A DNA stretch of 64,000 nt, taken from assembly GCA_016184225.1 (NCBI GenBank), contig JACPDA010000004.1, positions 602,763 through 666,762 on the forward strand. Reading direction: 5' to 3'. The notes below the pieces were generated by a model. That model worked only from the letters and a program-made list of their open reading frames with translations. It was not told the DNA's origin and did no database searches. Below are positions 29,213-37,956 of this stretch, one piece after another. How positions within the stretch are numbered: the stretch's first letter is position 1; each line of letters starts with the position of its first letter. A program made the position numbers and the translations under genes. The stretch is from Candidatus Daviesbacteria bacterium. GTDB lineage: Bacteria > Patescibacteriota > Microgenomatia > Daviesbacterales > UBA10151.

Positions 29213-29953
29213 TCAGAGGATTTCGTAACTGAGGGTTACTACAACTTTGATCTCTGAGGAGCCGGGCTCTATTGAAGTATCCGGCTTTTCACCACCTCCG
29301 GGGGCAGCCATGGCCCGAAGCAGTATAGGCTCTGGCCCGCCGCCAAAGTTTTCCGAATAGTTTACCAACCTACCCAGTCTAAACCCGGCAATTTTAGCAG
29401 CATTTTCAGCCTTTTTTTTGGCTGTCTCTACGGCCTTTTGCCTGGCTTCATTTTCAACTTTAGCCTTATCATCTACATCAAAACTGATACTGCCAACCAG
29501 ATTAGCCCCATTGGCAGTAGCCTCATCAATAACCTGGTTTACCAGGTCAATTTTGCGGACTTTGATTGAGAGGTTAGTAGAAGCAGAGTAACCGGTAATC
29601 CGCTGTGTCGGCCCCTGAAAATCATAATTGGGATTGATTTGGTAATTTTGTGTCTGGATATCCTTTTGCTCTACACCAAGCTTTTTAATGGCTTCTGCCA
29701 CCTTATTTATGGCAGCATTAATTTGATCCTGGGCAGCCTTAACTGTAGATCCCTGGGCTTGGATGCCAACATTCAAAGTAGCTATATCCGGTTTTGCAGC
29801 CACAAACCCTTCACCGGTTACATTAAAAGTATCGGTTTTGGTAGTGGTAACACTAGTTACAGAAAAAGGTATCGGCCCTGCTATTTTTGTGTAAGCAAAC
29901 AATAAAAAGAAGAAAATAAGTATTGGAGCAGCTACTGTGGCAATTGTTCTCAT
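29213..29953 (-). CDS. SIMPL/DUF541 domain protein
   Basis: VTGEGFVAAKPD, IQTQNYQINP, GAN and ARQKAV motifs. Confidence 0.9.
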   Translation of the reverse strand: MRTIATVAAPILIFFFLLFAYTKIAGPIPFSVTSVTTTKTDTFNVTGEGFVAAKPDIATLNVGIQAQGSTVKAAQDQINAAINKVAEAIKKLGVEQKDIQTQNYQINPNYDFQGPTQRITGYSASTNLSIKVRKIDLVNQVIDEATANGANLVGSISFDVDDKAKVENEARQKAVETAKKKAENAAKIAGFRLGRLVNYSENFGGGPEPILLRAMAAPGGGEKPDTSIEPGSSEIKVVVTLSYEIL

Positions 29954-30034
29954 ATTGTTATTGTATATGCATCCCCCAAAAAGTACAACCAGGCTTCTAA
30001 CCTGGCTGTACTTTAACCTTTTCCGTCTAATTTC

Positions 30035-30676
30035 CTAAATCAGACTCTGGAAGAAGGTTATGATTTGATCAAGCAAGCCGCTCAGGGAAGCCCCTGACAC
30101 GCTTACCTCACCTTCATCTTCTACTTCAAGCCCGTCTGCTTTTATCTCCCGAGCTAGCAGGGCTCCGTCATCAGCGACGATCCCCTCAACCTTAATCATC
30201 TCTCCCACCTCAATAGTCCCTTCCTGCTCAAAATTGGCTACCAGGTCAGGATTAATGGTGATAGTTTGACCGCCAATAGTTACGCTCCCGCCGGTAAAGG
30301 TGGAAACTGTCCCGGTGATTTCAAAGGTGTTGCCTTCGATTTCAAAGTTGGGAAGAAGTTCTTCTTCCTCGCCAGCCCTGACTTCAATCCGGACGCGCTC
30401 TCCATCCCGCGACTCAATGCGGAACCTGCTGACATCCTCAGGTAAACTTAAGGAGTTAACCAAGTTCATGGCATCCTCTATGGTTACTCCCTCGCCTCTT
30501 AATTCTACCCTGACGCGGTTTTCGCCGGGTTCGTCATCACCGGTCCTTACCTCCACTCTGACCCGGTCGTCCCCGTCTCCGCCTGACCCACTGCTTCCCC
30601 CCTTAGCCAGGGCGATTCCAGCAGAAGTGGTCAAGACTAATAGAACCGCTACCAAAACTGTAAATACTTTGTTCAT
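30035..30676 (-). CDS. secreted DUF5666-domain protein
   Basis: signal peptide; FEITGTV...VGEMIKVEG...LLAREI; strong SD. Confidence 0.7.
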   Translation of the reverse strand: MNKVFTVLVAVLLVLTTSAGIALAKGGSSGSGGDGDDRVRVEVRTGDDEPGENRVRVELRGEGVTIEDAMNLVNSLSLPEDVSRFRIESRDGERVRIEVRAGEEEELLPNFEIEGNTFEITGTVSTFTGGSVTIGGQTITINPDLVANFEQEGTIEVGEMIKVEGIVADDGALLAREIKADGLEVEDEGEVSVSGASLSGLLDQIITFFQSLI

Positions 30677-30713
30677 TTCTTCTCACCTCCTTCTATAACT
30701 CCAGTACAAAATA

Positions 30714-30742
30714 TACAACGGAAAAAGGGGGAAGTTGTTACA
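30714..30742 (-). promoter_or_regulatory. ECF sigma-type promoter
   Basis: TGTAAC-16 nt-CGTTGTA on the minus strand, divergent from the ECF sigma gene. Confidence 0.65.
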
Positions 30743-30800
30743 AATTCTTATTTAGGACGTATCATATATGGAAGAGTTATAAAGAGTTATAATATGTGGT

Positions 30801-31340
30801 GTGTCCGACGACTTAGAACAAGTAATAAAAAAAGCAAAAGGAGGGGATAAAGATGCCTTTGGAAAGCTTTATGAACAGTTTCGGAAACGGATTTTCCGTT
30901 ATATTTATTACCTTACTTATGATAGGGATCTGGGAGAGGACCTTACCCAGCTTACTTTTCTCAAAGCCTGGGTGGCCTTACCTAAATTTTCATCCCAGAA
31001 GGGGACACTGCAAGCATATCTTTATTCAATTGCCAGGAATCTGGTTATTGATTACAAAAGGCGCAGAAAGGAGGTCTCTTTGGAAAACATAGCCGAGCCT
31101 GCCTATACTACTAACTTTGAAGATAACTTGATTAGGGAGGAAAATGTAAAAATGGTCCAAACTTTGCTTGCCGGACTGGACGGGGAAGAAAAACAATTGG
31201 TAATTTTTCGTTATTTTGAAGAACTTCACTTTGGTGAAATTGCTCATATTTTACACAAGAAGGAAGGTGCAATCAGGGTCAGGCTACACCGGATTTTGCA
31301 AAAGCTTAAAGAAAGGGTAAAGGATAAATATGGATATTGA
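30801..31340 (+). CDS. ECF RNA polymerase sigma factor
   Basis: AFGKLYE, EDLTQLTF, IARNLVIDY and region-4 HTH. Confidence 0.93.
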   Translation: MSDDLEQVIKKAKGGDKDAFGKLYEQFRKRIFRYIYYLTYDRDLGEDLTQLTFLKAWVALPKFSSQKGTLQAYLYSIARNLVIDYKRRRKEVSLENIAEPAYTTNFEDNLIREENVKMVQTLLAGLDGEEKQLVIFRYFEELHFGEIAHILHKKEGAIRVRLHRILQKLKERVKDKYGY

Positions 31341-31953
31341 AAAAAAATTAAAAGATTTTAAAAGGATTTATCAGGCTACTGAGCCGTCAGGACACTTTTT
31401 AGAACACGGATGGCAGGATCTGCAGGATAAAAAGAGGCAGCTGGAGCTAATTGGGGCAAAGCGGAGCCTTTTTTACCTCCGGCCTTTTGCCACGGCTACT
31501 TTAATGGTGTTTATTCTGGCAGGAGTGTTGGGCGGGGTGGTCCGGGCTTCACAAAACTCGCTGCCAGGAGAGGTGCTTTACCCGGTCAAAAGGATTTCGG
31601 AGGAGGTTGCATCAACAGTTTCAGGTAATAAACTAATCAAGGTGGAGGGCCGAGCCAATGATATTGTGGAGCTTAGTAGGAAAGGGAGAAATTCAAAAAG
31701 GATCCAAAAAGCAGTTGGGGAATATAAAACAGCGGTTGCTGAAGCAAGCCGCTCGGGTAAAAACATCCAGAAAATCGAGAAGACGTTAGAAGACCAGGAA
31801 AAAGAGTTTGAAAGTGTTAAAAAAGGACCCCAGGAAGAAGAAATTAATGAGGCAATAGAAATCAGCAGATCCGGGCGGGATGAGCAGAGGCAAGATGAAG
31901 AGGATAAAGTTGAGGAAGAGGACCGTTCAGGATCAGATTCAGGAGAAAAATAA
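31330..31953 (+). CDS. DUF5667 membrane protein, putative anti-sigma factor
   Basis: TM followed by SLPGEVLYPVKRISE; overlaps the sigma stop. Confidence 0.8.
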   Translation: MDIEKKLKDFKRIYQATEPSGHFLEHGWQDLQDKKRQLELIGAKRSLFYLRPFATATLMVFILAGVLGGVVRASQNSLPGEVLYPVKRISEEVASTVSGNKLIKVEGRANDIVELSRKGRNSKRIQKAVGEYKTAVAEASRSGKNIQKIEKTLEDQEKEFESVKKGPQEEEINEAIEISRSGRDEQRQDEEDKVEEEDRSGSDSGEK

Positions 31954-31977
31954 TGTCGAACAGGAGCGATAACCTCC

Positions 31978-32000
31978 GATTACACCCCAGGGGTGTAATC
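31978..32000. repeat. REP-like palindrome (family A)
   Basis: GATTACACCCC-A-GGGGTGTAATC; near-identical to 25505-25527 and 35809-35830. Confidence 0.85.
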
Positions 32001-32011
32001 AAGACTTTATG

Positions 32012-32083
32012 TCGGGGACCAGGGAATTGAACCCTGTGCTTCTCGCTCCCAAAGCGAGCGTTCTACCGATGAACTAGTCCCCG
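32012..32083 (-). tRNA. tRNA-Pro(TGG)
   Basis: CGGGGAC/GTCCCCG; CTCGC-TTTGGGA-GCGAG. Confidence 0.93.
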
Positions 32084-32088
32084 TAAAG

Positions 32089-32170
32089 TGCTGGTGAAGG
32101 GAGTCGAACCCTTATGCCTTTTGGGCACTCGCTCTTAAGGCGAGCGTGTATGCCATTCCACCACACCAGC
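32089..32170 (-). tRNA. tRNA-Leu(TAA)
   Basis: long variable arm; CTCGC-CTTAAGA-GCGAG. Confidence 0.93.
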
Positions 32171-32282
32171 ATCCAAGCTATTGTATCAAAAAAGTATTGA
32201 TACTTCGAGTACCCTCAGTATCAATGGTGAGTCAAATCGAACCATTGACATTTTAAATAAGGTGGATTATTCTGACAATCTC

Positions 32283-32951
32283 ATGTCAAACACAAAGAAA
32301 AAAATATTCTTTTTAGCACTTTTCTCTATAATCGGTTTTTTAAGCCTTCAGATCCCTTTTAATAAAATAGCCGGTTCAAATGTATCTTTTACCCTGTTTG
32401 ATTTCTTTGGCCCCATTGCAGGAGCTTTCTTGGGGCCAGTCTTCGGAATAGCTTCGGTGTTGGGAGTAGAACTGATTAATTTATGGATCAAAAATGCGCC
32501 GCTTACCACCGGCTCTATAATCAGGTTATTCCCAACCCTGTTTGCAGTGTTGTATTTTGCTCTGGCTTCCAAAAAAACATTTCAGGGCAGGTGGATACTG
32601 GCAGTTCCCATTCTCTGTATCCTGGCATTTATAGCTCACCCGATCGGCAGGCAGGTTTTCTATTATGCACTAATGTTTTGGACTATTCCGGTATTCGCAT
32701 ATCTTAAAAAGGATAACCTTTTTATAAGGGGGTTAGGGGCAACTTTTACGGCCCATGCTGTTGGCGGAGCAGCCTGGATTTGGGCATTTAATCTGCCTGC
32801 AGCAATCTGGACTGGACTTATCCCGACAGTGATAGCCGAAAGACTACTATTCGCAACAGGCATAGCCGCATCTTACATTGTACTCAAGCATACTCTTGAC
32901 TTACTGACTTCTAAAAAGATCCTGCCGAAGCTGGATTTCATTTCTTCTTGA
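32283..32951 (+). CDS. multi-TM membrane protein, ECF S-component-like
   Basis: about 6 TM; FFGPIAGAFLGP pattern; TTGACA-17-TATTCT promoter directly upstream. Confidence 0.6.
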   Translation: MSNTKKKIFFLALFSIIGFLSLQIPFNKIAGSNVSFTLFDFFGPIAGAFLGPVFGIASVLGVELINLWIKNAPLTTGSIIRLFPTLFAVLYFALASKKTFQGRWILAVPILCILAFIAHPIGRQVFYYALMFWTIPVFAYLKKDNLFIRGLGATFTAHAVGGAAWIWAFNLPAAIWTGLIPTVIAERLLFATGIAASYIVLKHTLDLLTSKKILPKLDFISS

Positions 32952-33592
32952 TGCTTTATCCAAATCTTAAATTCCCAAAACGAACAGACAGGCCCTTTTT
33001 TTACACTAATTTTGTTTCCACTGTTGACGGTAAGGTTCAAGTTTTAGAAAACACTATGGATTACTGGCCAATAGGGAGCAAGACCGATTACAAGGTCATG
33101 CTGGAGCTACGGGCATACGCCGATTGCCTTATCCATGGTAAAAATTTAGCTAAGGAATTTGGTGAAATTACCCTAAATAGCTTAAATAAAAATTCTTTTA
33201 AAAAGATGCGGCAGAAGCTAGGAAAGGATCCCATCCTGCCATACTTTATCTTATCCGGCAAGCCTGAAACATTAGAAAAGTCCCTAGGTGCCAAGCTAAT
33301 CCACCTCCCAGGTGGGAATCTGCAAGAATTGGTCAAACTTCTCCAGGAAAAAAAGTACAAACATATTTTAGTAGAAGGGGGACCAACACTACTGGGCTCC
33401 TTCTTAAAAGAAAACCTCATTGATGAAATATTTTTAACAATTGCCCCAAAAATATTTGGCAGCACTAGGGGAATAACATTAACCCTGGTTGAAGGCTATT
33501 TATTCCCCAAAAATGCCACTAAAAACCTAAGCCTTCTATCAATAAAAAAGCTCAGTTCCGAAATTTACTTACGTTACAAAGTAAGAAAGTAA
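32948..33592 (+). CDS. RibD C-terminal/DHFR-like reductase
   Basis: NFVSTVDG, LRAYAD, VEGGPTL and DEIFLTIAPKIFG motifs. Confidence 0.88.
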   Translation: MMLYPNLKFPKRTDRPFFYTNFVSTVDGKVQVLENTMDYWPIGSKTDYKVMLELRAYADCLIHGKNLAKEFGEITLNSLNKNSFKKMRQKLGKDPILPYFILSGKPETLEKSLGAKLIHLPGGNLQELVKLLQEKKYKHILVEGGPTLLGSFLKENLIDEIFLTIAPKIFGSTRGITLTLVEGYLFPKNATKNLSLLSIKKLSSEIYLRYKVRK

Positions 33593-33616
33593 TTTAATAT
33601 ACGGAAAAATTTTTTC

Positions 33617-33877
33617 TTAGCGGTCTTCTCGAGGACGAGCAATGTTGACAACGATCTTTCGACCTTCAACATCTGTTCCATTTAAGTTTTTGACTGCATT
33701 TTGAGCTTCTTCATCAGAAGACATCTCAACAAAACCAAAACCTCTGGATCTTCCTGTTTCTCGATCTTTAACCACTTGTGCGCTGACAACAGTACCTGCT
33801 TGAGCAAAAAGCTGAGCAAGTCCGGCATCATCAATAGCCCAAGGTAAAGAACCTACGAACAATTTTCTGTTATTCAA
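33617..33877 (-). CDS. RRM RNA-binding protein
   Basis: RNP2 LFVGSL and RNP1 RGFGFVEM; TTG start with AGGAGGTGA. Confidence 0.95.
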   Translation of the reverse strand: MNNRKLFVGSLPWAIDDAGLAQLFAQAGTVVSAQVVKDRETGRSRGFGFVEMSSDEEAQNAVKNLNGTDVEGRKIVVNIARPREDR

Positions 33878-34080
33878 AAAAATTCACCTCCTTCTTTTAA
33901 GATTTCTGTGGAGGTGAATTACGATAAATTCGCTAAATACACTCTACTCACCCCTAAATTATCCCATATCAATTACAAAATAGCAAATACCCCAAAATAA
34001 TCGCGCAAGAATTACGCAATAAATCGCGCAAGCTACCTTTTGCAAAGCAAAAGGCAAGGTTCCGAGCGAAGCGAGGGTTC

Positions 34081-35139
34081 TTATCGCGCAAGGGAGTAAT
34101 ACGAACTGGGGCCTTTGCCTTTTAATTTAAGCAGTCCCTTATCCGATAAATTCTTTAGCTTTAACTGGGCAGTCCTTTTGGCTACCTTTAAGATATCTGC
34201 CACATCATCTGAGGTAATCCTGCCGGTCGTGGTTAAAAAATCCATAATTTGGATTTCATCCCGGTCCAAAAAGATCTGCTCGCTTTTCCTGCTGACTTTG
34301 CCAAATCCTATTGATTGGATCTGCTCCAGCACCTTTCTGGCTTCCACCAAAAACCCTGTGGTGAAATATTCCAACCAGCTGGTAAAATCCATATCTTCCT
34401 GGTAAGTTTTTCCCTGGGCCCTGTTTTCCGCATTGTAATAAGACATTCTATCCTGATTGTAATAGTTCTCCAGCACCAGAATTTTCCGAAAATCCCAACC
34501 GTCACGGTAAAGCTGAAACTGGGTCAGCAGTCTGGCCACCCGGCCGTTGCCGTCTGTAAAAGGGTGGATGGTGACAAACTGCAGGTGCAGGATCCCGGCC
34601 CTGATAATAGGGTGGACATTGATTTTTTTTGAAGCTTTAAGCCAGGCTATTAAATCCTCCGCCATTTTTTTAATTTCAGAAGCAGGCGGGGCTTTAAACC
34701 TTAACATTTCCCGACCATCTCCTAAATCATCCAGGACATAAACATCGGCAGGCCTAAACCGACCCACCTTCTCTTGTTCTATCAACCCGTCAATAACAGC
34801 TTTATGTAATTTTAGAATCTCAATCAACGTTATATCACCTTTTGTCTTTGCCATGCTGCCAATCAGCTTCAGGGCTTTATAATAATTTTCCACCTCCAGA
34901 ATATCCTTTTGGGTAGCCCTGACAGCTTTTCCCTCTAAGACCTTCCCTACCTCAAATTCGGCTAATTTATTCCCTTCAATAGAAGTAGAGGTGTGGGCCA
35001 TCCGGAGAATGGCCTGGCGTCGAAGCTGCGCTTCGTTCAAAGGCAAAACGCGTGATCTTTCAACCGCGGCTTTTATCTCGGCAATCTCAGCAATCCGGGA
35101 AAGAATGGTAGATGTAATGTTATATCGGGGTTCCAACAT
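34081..35139 (-). CDS. Fic-family protein with C-terminal winged HTH
   Basis: canonical HPFTDGNGRVAR; STSIEGN inhibitory motif; C-terminal HTH. Confidence 0.93.
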   Translation of the reverse strand: MLEPRYNITSTILSRIAEIAEIKAAVERSRVLPLNEAQLRRQAILRMAHTSTSIEGNKLAEFEVGKVLEGKAVRATQKDILEVENYYKALKLIGSMAKTKGDITLIEILKLHKAVIDGLIEQEKVGRFRPADVYVLDDLGDGREMLRFKAPPASEIKKMAEDLIAWLKASKKINVHPIIRAGILHLQFVTIHPFTDGNGRVARLLTQFQLYRDGWDFRKILVLENYYNQDRMSYYNAENRAQGKTYQEDMDFTSWLEYFTTGFLVEARKVLEQIQSIGFGKVSRKSEQIFLDRDEIQIMDFLTTTGRITSDDVADILKVAKRTAQLKLKNLSDKGLLKLKGKGPSSYYSLAR

Positions 35140-35246
35140 AATCTAAATTATACCACAAAATCACGCAATAATCGCGCATACTATCGCGCACCCATTCGAC
35201 TCGCTTCGCTCGCTCAGGGTAAATTAACCTATGGTAAAATCATAAA

Positions 35247-36935
35247 ATGTGGGTAAAAATACTCCTTTTATTTTTTGTTTTTTCTTTCCTTTTCCGGACT
35301 GATGATTCATTTAACCAGGACCTAGGCAGGCATCTTAAACTGGGGGAAATTATCCTCCAAACTAAAAATATTCCCCTGACTAACCTTTTCTCCTATACCT
35401 ATCCGGATTACCCATTTATTAACAGCCACTGGTTATTTGAAGTTCTAGTTTATCTGGGCCGGCAGACAATTGGCCTACCGGCACTACTTTTTTTAAAAGT
35501 AGCCATTATTTTACTGGCTGTCTGGCTGGTTTTAAAAACTATACCCAAAAACCAATATTTGCTTTTACCTGTGGGTTTTCTTTTTCTGCATACCTTAAGG
35601 GAGCGGCCGGACCTTAGACCGGAAGTCCTAAGTTTTCTCTTTACCGGGCTGACTGTTTATATTTTAAGTAAATTTGATCAGGCAAAAAGCAAGCTAATCT
35701 TTTTTTTGCCGGTTATCCAACTCGTCTGGGTCAATAGCCATATCTATTTTATGTTAGGCTTGTTTCTACAGGCTATTTATCTGATCCACCTGGGGTACCA
35801 ATACTCACGATTACACCCCAAGGGTGTAAAGCTGAAAATGCTGGGGATAATTTTCTTATTATCGGTTACAGCCAGTTTAATCAATCCCAGCGGCCTCAAA
35901 GGCTTCCTAAACCCCCTGACTTTTAATCAAAACTACGGCTATACCATTGTGGAAAACCAGACCATGTTTCTTTTGGAAAGCATTAACTTCCGGGACCCTA
36001 ATTTTTTGTTTGTCAAGATTGCCATAGCCATTATTTTACTTTCAGTTTTTGTAGCCCTATTCAAGAAAGGATTAACAATAAAGAATCTGGGTCTGGCCGG
36101 TCTAGGCATGGCGTTGGCTTTAATGAATGTCAGGAGCTTTCCTTATTTGGCTTTAATCTCACTTCCGCCGGTGCTGGAAAATTTTGGAACTTTCCGTTCC
36201 GCCGGCCTGCCTAAAATGCTGATTTGGGTGACAGTACCGCTGCTGCTTTTGGAAAGCTTTTTTTACCTAAACGGGGATTATTATAAATATACCGGCAGCG
36301 CGACCAGGCCGCTGCTTCAATTTGAAGAAAATGGTAAAGGCGCCCTGGATTTTGTTTTAAGAAATAATTTGCCCCAGCCGATTTTTAATAATTTTGACAT
36401 CGGCAGTTACATTACCTACCGGGGGTGGCCTGCCTCGCCGCAAGGCGGGCCAAAATACCGGATCTTTGTGGACGGCAGGCCAGGGGAGTACCCTAAGGAA
36501 TTTTTTCAGCAAATTTATATCCCTGCCCAATATGAGCCGCAGAAATTTGCCGAACTTGACCAAAAATTCGGATTTAAAACCATTATTTTTTCGATAACCG
36601 ACCAGACCCCCTGGGGACAGGCATTTTTGGCCTCAATAGTTAAAAACCCTCAGTGGAAAACAGTGTACCTGGATCACTTTATAATAGTGCTTATAAAAAG
36701 TGAGCTAGCCCTGCAGGACGAGGCCCGGGAGCCTATTAACCTGGCCAAGTTGAATCCGGCTGATTATAACCTTGACTTTTACCTACAATATCTCAGGTTA
36801 TCATTGTTTCTAGCCCAGGTGGGCTATCCGGAAGCAGCCCAAAAATTTGCCAGGGCCGGGTTGCTACTTTTCCCCCAAAGCCCGCTTGGAAATGCCCTGT
36901 TCGGAATTGAAGTCAGGAATAATTACTTCTGGTGA
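35247..36935 (+). CDS. GT-C-like multi-TM membrane protein
   Basis: DLGRHLKLG, HWLFE, RPE, WVNSH and FVDGR motifs; two repeat-derived inserts. Confidence 0.75.
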   Translation: MWVKILLLFFVFSFLFRTDDSFNQDLGRHLKLGEIILQTKNIPLTNLFSYTYPDYPFINSHWLFEVLVYLGRQTIGLPALLFLKVAIILLAVWLVLKTIPKNQYLLLPVGFLFLHTLRERPDLRPEVLSFLFTGLTVYILSKFDQAKSKLIFFLPVIQLVWVNSHIYFMLGLFLQAIYLIHLGYQYSRLHPKGVKLKMLGIIFLLSVTASLINPSGLKGFLNPLTFNQNYGYTIVENQTMFLLESINFRDPNFLFVKIAIAIILLSVFVALFKKGLTIKNLGLAGLGMALALMNVRSFPYLALISLPPVLENFGTFRSAGLPKMLIWVTVPLLLLESFFYLNGDYYKYTGSATRPLLQFEENGKGALDFVLRNNLPQPIFNNFDIGSYITYRGWPASPQGGPKYRIFVDGRPGEYPKEFFQQIYIPAQYEPQKFAELDQKFGFKTIIFSITDQTPWGQAFLASIVKNPQWKTVYLDHFIIVLIKSELALQDEAREPINLAKLNPADYNLDFYLQYLRLSLFLAQVGYPEAAQKFARAGLLLFPQSPLGNALFGIEVRNNYFW

Positions 36936-36995
36936 TATTCCCTACGGTGTGTGGGTATCCCACACCAGGGGTGGGTTAGGTTGACACCGTACTTC

Positions 36996-37913
36996 TCAAA
37001 CTAGAGCTTTCCTGGATTTTAGGAAGAAATAACCTACCACTATGGACGTTACTACCGGGGAAACCCAGAAGGGAACCTCCCAGCCAAAGCTATCCAAAAG
37101 CATAATGGCCCCCAGGAAAAAGATGGAATACATGGCGCCGTTTTTAAGAAAGATATAACGCTTGATCCTATCTATACTTGAAACAGTTAACTGCCTAACA
37201 ACCAACGCGCCTATACCGTTCCCCAACAAAATTAAGGGCACAGACAGGGTAAAAGCAAAAGCCCCCACCACCCCGTCTACGGAAAAGGTGGCATCGATTA
37301 CTTCCAGGTACAAAATCTTGCTCATGTCAGATAGGCTGGAACCCCCTTTGTGAAGCATCTGTTCCTCAGCCTGCCTGGCATTTTCCTTAAACCCGTGGGT
37401 GATAAAAAAGGCAGTTGAACCAACCACTGCTCCAAAAGCCATCAACGGGTCTTTTTGTATCGCCAGCCAAACAATGACTGCCAAAATTATGGAAATCACC
37501 GCATAAAACCAGACACCCTGCCGCTGGAAAAAACGCTCACCCCGCAGGCCAAAATTTTTCGGTTCCAAAAACAGCCAGTGGAAAAATAAAAAGACTAAAA
37601 AAATGCCTCCTCCGGACAGCAGGATATGCTTGGAGCTTTCAATCGCCTCTGCCACAGCCGGATCAGAACTTAAGGCGGCTGTAAAAGAACCAATCGGCCC
37701 TAAGCCTGGATTAACCCCCCAAACTATGGCCCAAGGTAGCGCTCCCCGAAGCAGGAAAACCGCAATCAACAGTCCCCAGAGCAAAAACCACCTTCTGGCC
37801 CGCCGGGACATGGTCGAAAGGACTTCGGCATTAATAACCGCATTATCAATAGAAGAGACTGTTTCAAAAAGGATTAAGCCTGAAACTATTATTAGGATTG
37901 ATAAAATATCCAT
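36996..37913 (-). CDS. DUF475/TerC-family membrane protein
   Basis: SSIDNAVINA and LEVIDATFSVDGVVGAFA motifs. Confidence 0.9.
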   Translation of the reverse strand: MDILSILIIVSGLILFETVSSIDNAVINAEVLSTMSRRARRWFLLWGLLIAVFLLRGALPWAIVWGVNPGLGPIGSFTAALSSDPAVAEAIESSKHILLSGGGIFLVFLFFHWLFLEPKNFGLRGERFFQRQGVWFYAVISIILAVIVWLAIQKDPLMAFGAVVGSTAFFITHGFKENARQAEEQMLHKGGSSLSDMSKILYLEVIDATFSVDGVVGAFAFTLSVPLILLGNGIGALVVRQLTVSSIDRIKRYIFLKNGAMYSIFFLGAIMLLDSFGWEVPFWVSPVVTSIVVGYFFLKSRKALV

Positions 37914-37956
37914 ATTTAATTAAAATACATTAGTACAATTTAAGCTACAACACAAC

